Source: Candidatus Bathyarchaeota archaeon (GTDB lineage Archaea > Thermoproteota > Bathyarchaeia > Bathyarchaeales > Bathycorpusculaceae). Taken from it: DNA of 64,000 nucleotides. The notes beneath the pieces are model-generated. The model did not search any database, was not told where the DNA came from, and worked only from the letters and a program-made list of their open reading frames with translations. The position numbers were made by a program, and so were the translations under genes. Of this stretch, positions 11,752 through 24,184 are shown piece after piece; within the stretch, counting starts at the first letter, position 1; the number at the start of each line of letters is the position of its first letter. The DNA is taken from the NCBI GenBank assembly GCA_963806535.1, contig CAWDYC010000004.1:1-64000 (forward strand). Reading direction: 5' to 3'.

Positions 11752-12198
11752 CTAATGAATATAGTCCAACGTTTTATTTTGGCTTTCGTGGATTTCTTTC
11801 ATCGATTCATATTGAGCTTCAATTAGAATTTTTAGGGAATCAATGTTTGTTTTTATGCTCTCTAATTCGGCTGTTTTAAGGAGAATTCCTGATTTTGAAA
11901 GTTGATCGTTAATGTTGCCAACTGTGACTTCTAGCACTTTGACTTTAAACGCAAATATTTGAAGCATGTAGAGCAAACTTAGTTGGCTGTTTAAAGCTTC
12001 AAGTTGATCCAAGTAACGTGTTTTCTTGACGAATGCTTTGATTTTTTGTTCCTGCGAAGCTTCAGGTGACTGCAGGATTTGCTCATACAGAGCTGATTGT
12101 TTCCAGGTTGCTTCTTTTGTTTCATCTACTGTTTTCTGTATTCGTTTTGTAGTTTTATCTAACATATCTAATACTTCGTCCAAATGATTCTCCCTCAA
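11752..12198 (-). CDS. Hypothetical coiled-coil protein
   Basis: Intact 148-aa heptad-rich ORF. Confidence 0.65.
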   Translation of the reverse strand: MRENHLDEVLDMLDKTTKRIQKTVDETKEATWKQSALYEQILQSPEASQEQKIKAFVKKTRYLDQLEALNSQLSLLYMLQIFAFKVKVLEVTVGNINDQLSKSGILLKTAELESIKTNIDSLKILIEAQYESMKEIHESQNKTLDYIH

Positions 12199-12429
12199 AT
12201 TACCGGTAATTATTCATTCAAGAGACCATATCAACCATTACCATTATATATAATTTTAAACTGCAATTTTTCTCGGCTTTAGGCAGATTTAAATCTAAAT
12301 TATGGAAAAAGGCATACTCAATCTCACTTAGAACGAGTTTGTTGAAATGCAAACACATATTTTATGAAAAATTAAAAAAAGAAAAAATAAAAAAGAGTTA
12401 CTTCGAAGTTAAGATGTTAGCTTGTGAGC

Positions 12430-12570
12430 TTAATATCTTCGTGGTGGTCTTCGTTTGCTATAGCACTCACGGCAATAAACTGGCCTGGTACCGTCTGGCT
12501 TGAAAGGAACTTCACATTCTTTTCCGCAGTCGGCACATGTTGCCTTGTGCATCTCTTTTGGATATGACAT
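12430..12570 (-). CDS. CxxC-x17-CxxC zinc-finger protein, 46 aa (missing from the ORF track)
   Basis: MSYPKEMHKATCADCGKECEVPFKPDGTRPVYCRECYSKRRPPRRY*. Confidence 0.88.
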   Translation of the reverse strand: MSYPKEMHKATCADCGKECEVPFKPDGTRPVYCRECYSKRRPPRRY

Positions 12571-13069
12571 ACTGTTTTTCACTTCCTGTTTTATTACTTT
12601 GCAAATTGCTTTGCAGGCTTCTTTAATGTAGGAACTTACTCAAAAGCCTATCCGTTGACGAAAAAAGTTTGAATGGACTGGAAGCAAAAGAAAACAGATT
12701 TTAGAAATAATTTATGAAATAAAGGAAAGAATTTTCTTTCGATAAACTACTCTTTCAATTTAGGCAGCATTTTAGTTGCCCATTCAATTTTAGTTGAGTA
12801 GATTTCACGCAATTTTGGAGTGCTGCTGATTTCTTTAGGTTTTGCCATCATTTGTTTTTTGGCTCGAGTGATCTGCATGTTTCGTTTAGGCTGGCTTTTT
12901 CTTTTTGATTTATAACCTTCACGGTTCAAATTTAATCCCTGCATAAAAGTTTGATACCTAACATATAGAAGTTTGCCTTATTTTACAAAAAACACTTGCA
13001 AATTTGCAGAAATAATTAGCTCAACGTCAGTGAAAAACGACTGATCATTTTTGAGTTATTTCCTTTGGA

Positions 13070-13983
13070 TCAGCTTGTGGAGACCAGTTTTATTTGATAG
13101 AGGCTTGGCCAATCTTTTCCCGTAACGAACAATCTATTGTTGCTTTGGTCATATGCGATGCCGTTGAGGACAGCATTTGGATTTGCATTGTTTTCGCTTG
13201 GCAGTCCTGCAAGGTCTATCCAAGCTTTAACTTGTCCCGTTTGCGGATTAATTATGGCAATTGTGTTTGTTTGCCAAATGTTGGCGTAAACATCGCCGTT
13301 AATGTACTCTAACTCATTGATGTTAACTATGGTGGTGTTTCCGTCATGCACAGCAACTTGTCCTGTCCGCTGAAAGGTTGTCGGGTCTAAAAAGTAAAGG
13401 TTGTCTGTGCCGTCACTCATGATTAATTGTTTGCCATCAAAAGTTAACCCCCAACCCTCCGTTGTCATAAGAGAAATTTCCAAGCAGAGCAAAACGTGGT
13501 TTTATCATAAATGAAGCCTATATGCGATTGCCATGTTAACTGGATAATTGTGTTGTTAACTATTGTTATGCCTTCGCCGAAATATTGGCTGGGCAGTGTA
13601 ACCTCTTGCAGAACATTTCCTGTTGTTAAGTCTACTCGACGTAGCGATGAATGCGCCATTAATTCCAGTGCTCTCATAAAGAAAACCATCTGAATAAAAA
13701 AGTCCTTCTGTGAAGGCGTTTGTATCATGTGGGTAAGTGTTAATGATAGTGTAGGTGTAATGGGTGACTGTTGGTGGGTTGTTGGTGCAGTTGTTGATGT
13801 CGGCGTTGGAGTCAATTCAGGAGTGGGTGTTAAAGTTGGTTCAATCGAAGACGTCGCTGTTGGTGTTGGTGTCGGCGGAGGGTTGACTTGAGTATTACTG
13901 TTTTTTATAAAAACAAGTATTGAGCCGCTGAGAACAAGAATGGCTATTATGATTAGTGAGGCTATAGCCAACGATTTCTTCAT
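13070..13983 (-). CDS. Membrane-anchored glutaminyl-peptide cyclotransferase (type I QC), frameshifted
   Basis: N-terminal TM plus P/T linker; YFGEGIT, QLTWQ, EGWGLT, INELE, VLNGIAYD, TGKDWP motifs. Confidence 0.88.
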
Positions 13984-14130
13984 TGCATTCTCATTTAGCA
14001 GTTCTTGTTAATAGGCAAAACGGTAAACTCACCTTTTTGATCTCAAAAAATCAAAGAGTTAAGTGTTTTTCTTTGAACATTAGAAAGTCTTAAAACTACC
14101 CCTAAATATTTACTTACCGTGAACCGTTAA

Positions 14131-14892
14131 TTGGGTCTTGCTAGAATTAATGGCAATAGATTCCTCAATTGTAATTGCTGTAATTCTCATTCTCTTCATT
14201 TCCTCATGGATTTACCCTAACTGCAAGGCACAGAATAACACATCATTTAGTTCGGCAAGACCAATTTCTAATCCCCTCCCAATAATGGCGCAGTAAGCTT
14301 TGCAGTAAATGGCAGCTACTCCAAAGCAACATTTGAAAATGACAGTTGGACATTTGAAAATTTGAACATCAATGGTTCAACGCCTCTTCAAAATTTTTTG
14401 GTTTCTGCTCAAAATTCTAACGTTACCATCTTCTCATACTTTTCCTTCAACAATACGACAACAACTTTAAGATTGAGGTATGTGGTTGAAGGAAACGGCA
14501 AACAGATTTTCAATTTTGGTACAAGGTCACATTAATGGAGTTGATTGGACCATTGTCAAAACTGTCGACCGTAAAAACGTGTTTTTGACCCCTGGAACGG
14601 ATTACACTATATTTCGCCTAATGGAACAATAGTTGTAAATGGAGCAACAGGCAACTTCAGTATTGTCCGTTATAATTTTTATAATAATAATTTGTTTAAT
14701 TCGAATTTGCCCTTCTATGAGCAACATTCTGTAGCTATTGCAACTTCAGCTGTGGTGGCAATTGTTATTGTTTTGGCTACTTGTTATCGCTGTAAGAAAT
14801 AGAAAATCTATAGCGAAAAAAAACTTGTCAATGGCAGTTATTCGGCAATAAATGGTAAAAAATCAACATTAAAAGATAAGGAGAAAACCTAG
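14131..14892 (+). CDS. Secreted protein with C-terminal membrane anchor, frameshifted
   Basis: Signal peptide ending CKA-QNNTSF, N-x-S/T-rich body, hydrophobic C-terminus followed by basic residues. Confidence 0.5.
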
Positions 14893-16132
14893 ATGCAGTA
14901 CTCGAACCCAACTTGGCTAGTACTACTCATATTTTCAATAATAGTAGTTTTGGGCATTGTCCTTATCTATAAATTGTCTAAAGATAAAACAAGAAAAGTA
15001 AGCACATCTGAGACTTTTTATTCAAATAGTTGCTGTTGTTGCTGTATTCATGGGTCTTATATTGGTCCATTCAATACGCCCTTTATTCCAGCCTTTGGGT
15101 CCTTCACCACGGGATCATTTGCTTGGATCTAATTTCTTGGGAAATCAATTTCCAGACGGTCTTTCAGTTCCTATTTTAGCTTGTTACTATCCTAACGGAC
15201 GAACAGTTACGTGTGCAATTTGGCAGCTTCAAGCCTACATTTTTCCATTTTGGAATCATCCAGTAGGCTACAACGTTCTGTACTCTACCTCTGGGCTAGA
15301 AAAAATAGGTATTGTTATTGGCATGATTGCTGTGGGAGCAATTATTCTAGGGCGGTTTTTCTGCGGTTGGCTTTGTCCGTTTGGATTATATCTGGATGTG
15401 TTAACACGAATCCGTAAAGCATTACGACTCAAACATGTGCGCTTTTCCGCGAAGACAAATACAGCTCTTGGACAATCAAGGTATGTTATAATTGCAGTTT
15501 TTCTGATTCTCAGCGTTATTTTCGGTTCATATGCCATTTTTGGGGCTCAAATAGTTCCAGGAACAATAACTGGTGGGCCTCAAGGAACCGAAGCAGGTAT
15601 TGTAAGTAATATAAATGAGCCTTTTTGTCTGGTTTGCCCCGCGAGACCTCTTTGCCTCTTAGTCGAAGCCGCTATTGGCGCGATAAAATGGTCATATATC
15701 TCACAAATAGTCTATGGGCCATTTTGGATAACAGGTTTCTACGTTACATCCATAAACTTGGCTATCCTGATTGCAGTTTCAATTGTAGCTTTTGTTTATA
15801 GGCGGTTTTGGTGCAGAATCTGCCCTCTTGGCGCAATTACAGCGTTGTTTAGCAGCTTTACTCCGTTCAAACAAATTGCGTTAACACGCCTGACTAAGAA
15901 CCAAGAAAAATGTACTCGATGTGGAGTTTGCAAACGGGTTTGTCCGACTGAGGCCACGGATGTTTACGACAAGAAAGGCGGCGACGTAACTGAATCCAGA
16001 TGTATTCTTTGTGCACGTTGCGTTGAGTTATGTCCATATGAAGGCGCGTTAGAACTAAAGTTCGCTGGCAAAACAATGATGAAATCAAGAGACTGGTTAG
16101 AACAGCAAAAGGCCAGCGGATTAAATTTGTAA
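14893..16132 (+). CDS. NapH/MauN-type membrane polyferredoxin (4Fe-4S binding)
   Basis: GRFFCGWLCPFG, RFWCRICPLG and two CxxCxxCxxxCP motifs. Confidence 0.88.
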
Positions 16133-16229
16133 ATTTAATGCAATTGAGCATCAATAATTTACTAAACGTTGCTTTTTTTGACATTTATTCTTCACTTATC
16201 TTCCAAGGATGTCGAAATTTATACCCAAA

Positions 16230-16285
16230 TTATAAATACTCATAACAACAATCACTTGCGCTATCCCTAATTGAAATTAGGGATA
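16230..16285 (+). promoter_or_regulatory. TATA box and 5'-leader hairpin
   Basis: TTATAAATA at 16230; TATCCCTAAT-TGAA-ATTAGGGATA at 16262-16285. Confidence 0.55.
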
Positions 16286-16299
16286 AGAGAGATCAAAAT

Positions 16300-18890
16300 A
16301 TGATAAATATTAAAAATTTAGGAAAAAATAAAACATTTGCAATCGCAATCGCTTTGCTTTTGACATTATCTATTGCTACTCCAATATTTTCTTTGCAAAC
16401 AGTTAGTGCACACAGCTCCAGTATGGCAACTCAAAACATATGCGTTTATTGATGCAAACCCTGATCCAATTGGCATCGGTCAAACAGCTTTCATTACATT
16501 CGGAATTGATAAAGTTCCAAATACAGTAAGCGGTGCTTACGGTGACAGATGGACGAACCTTACCGTAACAGTTACTGATCCCGCTGGAAAAGTAACTACG
16601 CTTAGTGGATTTAGAGCAGATGATACTGGATTTCTCACACACAACCTTCGTGCCTGATCAAGTTGGCAACTACACATTCGTTTGCAACTTCCCTGGACAA
16701 ACACTAACAGGTGCAAATCCACCACCAACCGGCAACGGCGCTGTTGCTCAATACATTGGCGATGTTTACTTACCAAGCACGAGTAACACTGCAGTTATGC
16801 AGGTCACGAACGAACCAGCATCGATTGGTTCCATTCAACCCTCTTCCAACAACCTATTGGCAACGCCCAATTAACATGATGAACAGCAACTGGAACACAA
16901 TCAGCGGAAACTGGCTTGGCGACTTTTACATACGTTAATGCCGGTCTAGGTTACAATGCAACTACAGACTTCGATCCGTATATCCAATTACCAAACAGTC
17001 CACACGTACTTTGGACAACACCATTGGCGACCCGGAGGCTTAATCGGAGGCGAATACGGTGCAACCGCACACAGCAACTATCTACTCAACCGCCCAATAC
17101 GAATGCAAATATCTGGCAGTAATAATCAACGGAGTACTTTACTACACTTTCACGCCTGATGCTTCAACTGATAAGCAAGGCTTAATCGCCCAAGATCTAA
17201 GGACAGGCGCAATACTATGTCATCGTTACGACATCAATGGCACGCTAGCACGCGGTCAAATATTCAATTACATATCACCAAACCAGTACGGCGGTCATGC
17301 ATACTTATGGAGTACTTCTGGCTCTACAATGTCAATGTACGAAGCACTAACTGGTAACTGGATCCTTGATGTTGCGAATAGTACAACTTCTGGATTATTC
17401 ATGTCACAAGAAACCCCTGATGACATTGCTGACGGAACTCTGCTAGAATACTACATTAACACAACTGTTGCAAGCAATCCAACGCTGTGTTTGTGGAACT
17501 CAACCCGTTGTGTTAATGGGGGCAATGGAGGAGACCCAAATAATTGGATGTATCGACCTACCACAGGAAGTAAAATTGATTTCAAGTATGGTATACAATG
17601 GACAGTACCGATAGCCACTAATATTTCCGGCAATCCCATTTCGCTAACCTTGTCAGGTGCCCAATCAAGTGGTAGCATAGGAATATCAGGCAATACAGTA
17701 GTAATGAGCTATGCAACATACAGGTAACTGGGAAGAATGGCAAGTCGATGCAGGCTACAGCCTAACTGACGGACATCAGGAGTGGTTAGTAAACCGCACA
17801 GTATCAGACTGGACTAGAGTCGTTACATACACTAGCGGCGATGGAAACTACATCGAAATGAATAACGAAGATCAAACAATCACTGTATTCAACGCTGACA
17901 CAGGCCTTCAAGTATGCGTGTGCAAATTCCCAACAAACACAATATGGGGTTACTTCTCTGCCTATCGCCCAATCGGTGGATACGGAATGATTTATGATGC
18001 AACATTCGACGGACACTGCTACGCTTGGAACGCAACAACAGGCGCACTCGTATGGAACTGGTGGGCAGGACCAGCGGGTTACAACACCGTCTACAATTCA
18101 TGGCCATTCAAGACTGTTGAACTAGTCGCTGACGGAAAGGTCTACCTCAACGGAGGTCACACATACAACCCACCGCTATTCAGAGGCTCACAAGCATACG
18201 CATTAAACGCAACTACAGGTGACGTAGTTTGGAGCATAAACAGCTTCTGCGAATCCAACAGCCCAGTCGTTGCAGCAGCAGACGGTGTGCTTACACTGCC
18301 AAATGCTTATGACAACCTACTATACGCTTACGGAACAGGACGATCCGCCACAACAGTCGAAGCACCATCAGCATGCGATTACTCTAGGTTCCAGCTTAGT
18401 GATACGCGGAACTGTAACTGATCAGTCTCCAGGCAAAACTTGCTTAGGCATACCTGCAGCAGGCACTCCAGCAATATCTGACGCAAACATGAGAGAATGG
18501 ATGAATTACTTATACGGACAGCAACCAGATACCGACCAACGCAACCGGTGTACATGTTTCACTCGATGTAATTGATGCAAACAACAACTTTAGACACATC
18601 GGCGACGCAACAAGCGACATTACAGGCACATTCAGCTTCCAATATACACCAGATATTCCAGGTAAATACACTGTAATCGCTAGCTTCCCAGGCTCTGAAT
18701 CATACTATCGCTTCGTCTGCTGAATCAAGCTTTGCAGTTGACCTTGCTGCAACTCACGCTCCAACAGCCACAGCAGCTACACGATCAATCAATGGCTGAT
18801 CAATACTTTGTACCCGCAATCGCAGGCTTATTCGTCGTAATCATCATAATCGGTGTAGTACTAGCATTACTCGTACAACGAAAAAAATAA
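16300..18890 (+). CDS. PQQ-like beta-propeller cell-surface protein, paralog 1 (frameshifted)
   Basis: Signal peptide, TYAFIDANPDPIGIGQT, GHTYNPPLFRG, WMNYLYGQQP, C-terminal TM plus basic tail. Confidence 0.82.
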
Positions 18891-19001
18891 ACTAAAAAAC
18901 GCAACAAAATATCCCTTTTCTTTTTTTTGTTTATTAAATTCTGAAAAAATCATGTAAACTAAACATCAGAATTTGTATTTGCTGCTTTCTTTATATGCAA
19001 T

Positions 19002-19468
19002 TCAGCGATTGATCAGCATTTTTCTTCTGACAATACCTGTTAAAACAGAAAACCCAACCAAAGCTGCAAGTAGCAAAACGTTGTAAATAGCTAAATGCTG
19101 AATAATTGAAATACTGGCAAGGGCAAGAGGAACCACGCTAAGCAAGAGGTACACAAACGGGAAAAGTTTGAGTGCTTTCCTGTTTATGTTCAGGTTCTCT
19201 ATTGTGGTTTTGGTGAAGAAGAGATCGGGCAATTTTCCCATACCGATTGTGCATGTCTTGCAGAGAAAACATGACACGCAGCCTTTTTTGCCTAACTCGT
19301 AAAAAACCAGAAAAGACGCCAAAGCCAGAAACGACAATCGCGCCAAACGGAGAAAATAACCAGCAAGCTGACTGCTCCCAACAATATCCAAACAAAAATT
19401 GCACCGTTACCGAAAACTAATTCGGCTTTTGAGTATTCGCGTTTTTGTCTTTGCACCAGCTCATTCAC
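19002..19468 (-). CDS. Membrane protein with Cys motif, frameshifted
   Basis: Several hydrophobic segments, GCVSCFLCKTC; last gene of the operon. Confidence 0.55.
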
Positions 19469-19471
19469 CTG

Positions 19472-20768
19472 TTATGCTTGTTTCTCTTCTACGATGCGTT
19501 TTGAAACTTTCAGTGCTAAAGCTGCCGCCGTCAGCATAGTTGGCAAGCCTTGAGAACGCGGCATAAGCGAGAGATCAGCAACCCACAGGTTTTTGGGCAG
19601 CCCTGAAGGATGCATTGTCTCTACATCATTTTTTGTAAGCGGTACTGTGCCTCCAAGGTGACCGCCGTGAATCATTCCGTCTACGAAAGGTCCAGTTACA
19701 CCTGATGCTTCCATGATTTCTTTTGCCTTAACTTTAGCTTCTTCCAAACGTTGTTTGTCAACTTCAGTAAGCGACTTCGTAACTGTGCCGTCTGCAGCTA
19801 CAGATCCTTGTTCAGTATCTGCAAGTTTGATCATCATGCCAACTCTGTTCTCGGCCGACACGTCTTTCCAAGGTTTATGGAACCAATAGGATAACAGGTC
19901 AAAGTAAGGTGAAAGAATGTAGTTTTCTTTCTTGATAAACCACGCCATAGGCGGCTCATTAAGCATTCTGGCGTTCTTGGAGACTCCGCCAACAGTCAAG
20001 ACAACATCGACCCATAGATTATCGTGGACTGGCAGGTCTGATGCACGCAAGATTTGGGCAGTTCCAATGCCTCCCGCAGACAACACAACGATGTCGGCAC
20101 CAACTCGCTCAAGTGATGATCCATGACGAAACCAAGACCCCGGTCGCGCACCCATTTTCTACCAGCACTTTCTTAACAGGCGAGTCTGTCTTCAAAGAAA
20201 TTCCTTTGCCAAGTAATTCCTGATAAAACCGTCGGCTATCCCATTTCGCTCCTGTAACACATCCGAGTTCGCAGTATCCGCAACCGGCACATTTTTGCAG
20301 GTCAACGACTTTCGGTGTCGGTTTAGGGGTATGTCCCAGTTTTTCTGCTTCATCAAACATTTGTTGGGTTAATGGTCGCCATTTTTCCCTTGGAATCGGG
20401 TTAATTGTTAGGCGGCTCTCTATTTCTTCGTATTCATAAGTTAAATCAAGTCCTATTTCCGCTAAGCCATGTTCAGCCCTTACCATGTTGCCGCATGAAA
20501 TTGCTGTGCATCCACCTTCTGTAACACCAAAGAAAATTGCAAGATCTTTGCTTGAGCGAAGGGTTTGATAATGTGGAAATATTCGTTTTATAGAATTCTC
20601 ATTTCTAAGCAGCGGTGTGCCTCTTAGTGGGCTTAGCCACGAAATCCTGTGGGTAAGTGGACTGAACGGTTGTCCAGCTTCCAGCATTAAAACTTCGAAA
20701 CCTTTGCTTGCAAGTTCTCGAGCAGCAGTTGCTCCTCCTGCTCCTGTTCCAACAACAATTGCTTTCAT
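19472..20768 (-). CDS. GMC family FAD oxidoreductase with ferredoxin-like Cys motif
   Basis: [40 protein letters not shown]. Confidence 0.85.
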
Positions 20769-21373
20769 ATGTTGTGCTTCCTTTCTATTTTTGCGGTGCA
20801 GACACTTGCAGCCGCCTGTTATTGTTTTTTCAAACTTCATCATTATGTTAGGGTTTAATCCGTTAACTACTCCTTCGTCTGTTGCGCTTAAGACCTTGCA
20901 TGTTAATTCGGAGTAATTCTTAGCCAAAGCGCAACGGTCAACAGTGAGGATAGCTTGGTTTGGTCCAAGCCATTCAACATTAAAATCTATGCCCAACACC
21001 CGATACATTATTTTTGCTGCCTTCACCAAATCTCCTTGGCTGTCACCAACATTTAGCCTTCTGCGGTTTTGGCTGCCCAATTGTCTTCCAACTCTGAACA
21101 ATGCTTCTCTTCCCACCTTAACCGCATTATCTTGTCCCAATGCTTCTGCTAAAGCGTTAACAAGGATAGATGTGCTGCTTTGCCATGGTGTCTCTTTTCT
21201 CGTCAATACTTGTAACCGACGCTGCCACTTCTTCTTCAACAGAGGAATTTGGAGCATATCTTTCGTAAAGTCTCTTTAAGAGCTTGGGTGGTTACGTTTG
21301 AGACCTCATCCAACTCGCGGTTAATGACGAATTTTGGCGTCCACCATGATAAAAAAGCAAGTTTTAACCCCAT
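20765..21373 (-). CDS. V4R/ATC-hydrolase-like ligand-binding protein, frameshifted
   Basis: DRCALA...TCKVLSATDEG...ITGGCKxC; ATGA overlap with the GMC start. Confidence 0.55.
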
Positions 21374-21379
21374 AACGTC

Positions 21380-24184
21380 TCACTCTGGTTTGTCTACTCC
21401 GCCAATGTGGATGTCTCCTTCGGGAATTGTCCCTCCATACAGGGCATCGATGACTTTCTGGCATCGTTCAGCCAAAACGTTGTGTTTAAGTTTAAGATTC
21501 GGGGTTAAATCTCCATTCTCTATGCTTAAGTTGTTAACAAGTAAAGCCCATTTCTTAACTTTTTCAGGGTTTGAAAGACGCTTATTCATTTTCTCAATGG
21601 CAAGGTCAATTGCCTGAGAAGTTTTTTCGTTCCAATGGTCTTTTTGAACCCAAATTAAAGCGCCACAATAAGGTTTCGATTCACCCACTAACATAGCCTC
21701 TCCAACACCATTTATTTCTCGAATCATGTCTTCTATTTTTTCTGAGTAAATACATTTGCCATAAGACGTTTTGATAAGTTCCTTTTTCCTGCCAAGAATA
21801 ACTAGGCTTCCTTCAGGAGTGAGGTTTCCTATGTCTCCGGTCATTAGCCATCCGTCCTTAAATGGTCGTTCTAGGGTCTTGTCGAAATATCCCACTGTAA
21901 CTTGCGGTCCTTTAACTTTTATTTCGCCGTCTTCACAGATTTGCACTTGGGTCTGCGGCATGGGTTCACCAACAGTTCCCAACCTGTTTCTTCCCACCCG
22001 ATTAATCGTTACAAGCGGAGCCTCGGTCATTCCATAGGCGTTATGAATTTCGATACCTAATTCACGGAAGTTCTCAAGCAACTCCTCATCAGAGCTTGCA
22101 GAACCCGCAATAAGCTGGGCACACTTATCTAACCCAGCTCTTTTGAGTGTAGCATTTTTCACTACTCGTCCTAGTAAGCGCTTAACAAAGCCTTTTCTGC
22201 GACTGATGTAAAATTTTCCCAAACTATTGTTTTCCAAACCTTCCCAGACTTTTTCGTAAATACGCGGAACGGAAAAGAAGAGTGTTGGTCTAACCTGGGG
22301 AATTGCATATGAAAGTTTTCGGAAGTCTTCGAGGAAATATATGGATATTGACGTAGGGAAGTAATAAGGCGAGTAAGTAGCTAAGATGCCCTCTACAACG
22401 TGTCCCATTGGAAGGAACGATAAGTAGGTGGCTTTTCGAGTTCTTGCTTTCCAAGGTGCTATGGAAACTATCGATTCAGCCATGTATCGGAGGTTGTCAT
22501 GTCTAAAAATCGCGCCTTTGGGTTTGCCTGTGGTCCCTGACGAATATCGAAGAGTGGCTACATCACCAAAACCCACAGGTGCATTCTGAAATAGCGTATT
22601 TGGTGCTGCTTTTGAAAGAAAATCTTCCCAAGAAATCACTTTACTGTTTTGAGAATTGGGGCCTCGGCAAAAGGATACCATCTGGATATCAGTAGTAATC
22701 TCTCCTGCCTTCGTTAAAAGGCTGGGCATTCCGATAAAGAATAGTTTGCTTCCGCTTGCCTTCAAGACTTGGTCTATGTCCGAAGGAGGAGTCGTATAGT
22801 AAAGCGGAACACTTACGGCGCCGACCAGCCCGATTGCTATATCGGCTGCAAAATAATCTGTAGAGTTAAGACCTGTTAAAGCTACTCGGTCACCCGCAGA
22901 GATCCCAAAAGCACGCAACGCTGAAGCGGCCAACAGAATCTCTTCTCGCATTTGATCAGCGGTTTTCTTCACAAGTTTGTCTTCAATTATATCATAATAT
23001 GTTATGGGTAGGCTTTTGCTCTCGAGCCTGTATAGCACCTGCTCGTGCACAGTCCGCTCTGAGCGGTGAAAGAAGCCATGGTAAACGGCATATTCAAGAA
23101 GATGAGGCAGAGTCTGCTGCCAATTCATATCGTAAATGCCAAGCAGCTCATCCGTGTTGCTTCGTTGAAATTGACGGTTCTCGCTAAAATAAGGTGCCAA
23201 TGAGATGAGTGCATTTACGCTTTTTCGATTACTTGGTTTGAATACTCTCTGTATCTTGAGCATGCTTTTCATTGACGATGCAGACATGCCGACAGAGAAA
23301 AGCCTCGGCAACTTAATGGCCAAATTAATCTTTGCCCATTTTTCGACGAACCCAAGAAGTTCCCCAAGCTTCGGCAAGGATTCGTAGGAGGCAACAAGAT
23401 GGAAGTTTCGTCCTTCGGCTTTAGGATCGAAAGTAAGTTTGACTACCGAAGTCGCCACATAGTCCACTGGTATTATGTTGATTCTTAAAGATCGGCTCAC
23501 TGGCAAAATTCGCAGTTTGCCCGTGAGATAAAGTCGCAATGGAAAATAGAATGTGTTGAATGTTTTGATGGCTCCTGTTTTGGAATCGCCGACAACCATG
23601 GCAGGTCGGAAAATTGAGATTGGCAGTTCTTTTTTTGCTGCTTGGACAAGCATTTCCCCTTCATATTTGCTTTGCTCGTAAGCTGTAAAAAAACCAAAAT
23701 CATCTGTTAAAGAATCTTCAGGTATTGCTCCTTTTCTTCCGCCTGCGACATAGGCGGTGGAAATGTGGGAAAAACGTTTAAGCCCATGATCTGTATTTGT
23801 TTTTTTTGCAAGCTCCAGAATGTTTAATGTTCCTTGAACGTTTGTTTTTCTAAGTTCTTCAAGCGCTACAAGACGCCAATCAGCTGCAGTGTGTATTATA
23901 TGGGTTATTCTTTTTGTAAGGTCGCTGTAAACGTCATCGCTTAAACCTAAGTTATGTTGACAAACATCACCACAGATCACTTCTATTCTACTGTTCAGCG
24001 CTTGGATTAGTTCAGGCCAATCCCACCATTCCCTTTGCAGCTTACGCACCGCATTCTCATAATCAACTGCCCGAACCAAAGCAAGAATTGTTACCTCATC
24101 TTCTTGCAGAAGTTGGCGAGCTATCTGGGTGCCTATAAACCCTGTAGCTCCAGTTAACAAAACAATAGCTTTCACGGTAGCCAC
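21380..24184 (-). CDS. Thioester/fatty-acyl reductase (NAD_binding_4) fused to long-chain acyl-CoA synthetase (AMP-binding)
   Basis: TGATGFIG, HTAA, STAY, YEQSK, then YSSGTTGKPKG, AYGMTE, TGDIG, LTPNLK. Confidence 0.9.
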   Translation of the reverse strand: MATVKAIVLLTGATGFIGTQIARQLLQEDEVTILALVRAVDYENAVRKLQREWWDWPELIQALNSRIEVICGDVCQHNLGLSDDVYSDLTKRITHIIHTAADWRLVALEELRKTNVQGTLNILELAKKTNTDHGLKRFSHISTAYVAGGRKGAIPEDSLTDDFGFFTAYEQSKYEGEMLVQAAKKELPISIFRPAMVVGDSKTGAIKTFNTFYFPLRLYLTGKLRILPVSRSLRINIIPVDYVATSVVKLTFDPKAEGRNFHLVASYESLPKLGELLGFVEKWAKINLAIKLPRLFSVGMSASSMKSMLKIQRVFKPSNRKSVNALISLAPYFSENRQFQRSNTDELLGIYDMNWQQTLPHLLEYAVYHGFFHRSERTVHEQVLYRLESKSLPITYYDIIEDKLVKKTADQMREEILLAASALRAFGISAGDRVALTGLNSTDYFAADIAIGLVGAVSVPLYYTTPPSDIDQVLKASGSKLFFIGMPSLLTKAGEITTDIQMVSFCRGPNSQNSKVISWEDFLSKAAPNTLFQNAPVGFGDVATLRYSSGTTGKPKGAIFRHDNLRYMAESIVSIAPWKARTRKATYLSFLPMGHVVEGILATYSPYYFPTSISIYFLEDFRKLSYAIPQVRPTLFFSVPRIYEKVWEGLENNSLGKFYISRRKGFVKRLLGRVVKNATLKRAGLDKCAQLIAGSASSDEELLENFRELGIEIHNAYGMTEAPLVTINRVGRNRLGTVGEPMPQTQVQICEDGEIKVKGPQVTVGYFDKTLERPFKDGWLMTGDIGNLTPEGSLVILGRKKELIKTSYGKCIYSEKIEDMIREINGVGEAMLVGESKPYCGALIWVQKDHWNEKTSQAIDLAIEKMNKRLSNPEKVKKWALLVNNLSIENGDLTPNLKLKHNVLAERCQKVIDALYGGTIPEGDIHIGGVDKPE

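Noticed and set aside
20109-21257. Apparent V4R-GMC fusion ORF
   Set aside because: One indel restores [11 protein letters not shown] with an ATGA overlap onto the GMC start, so these are probably two genes.
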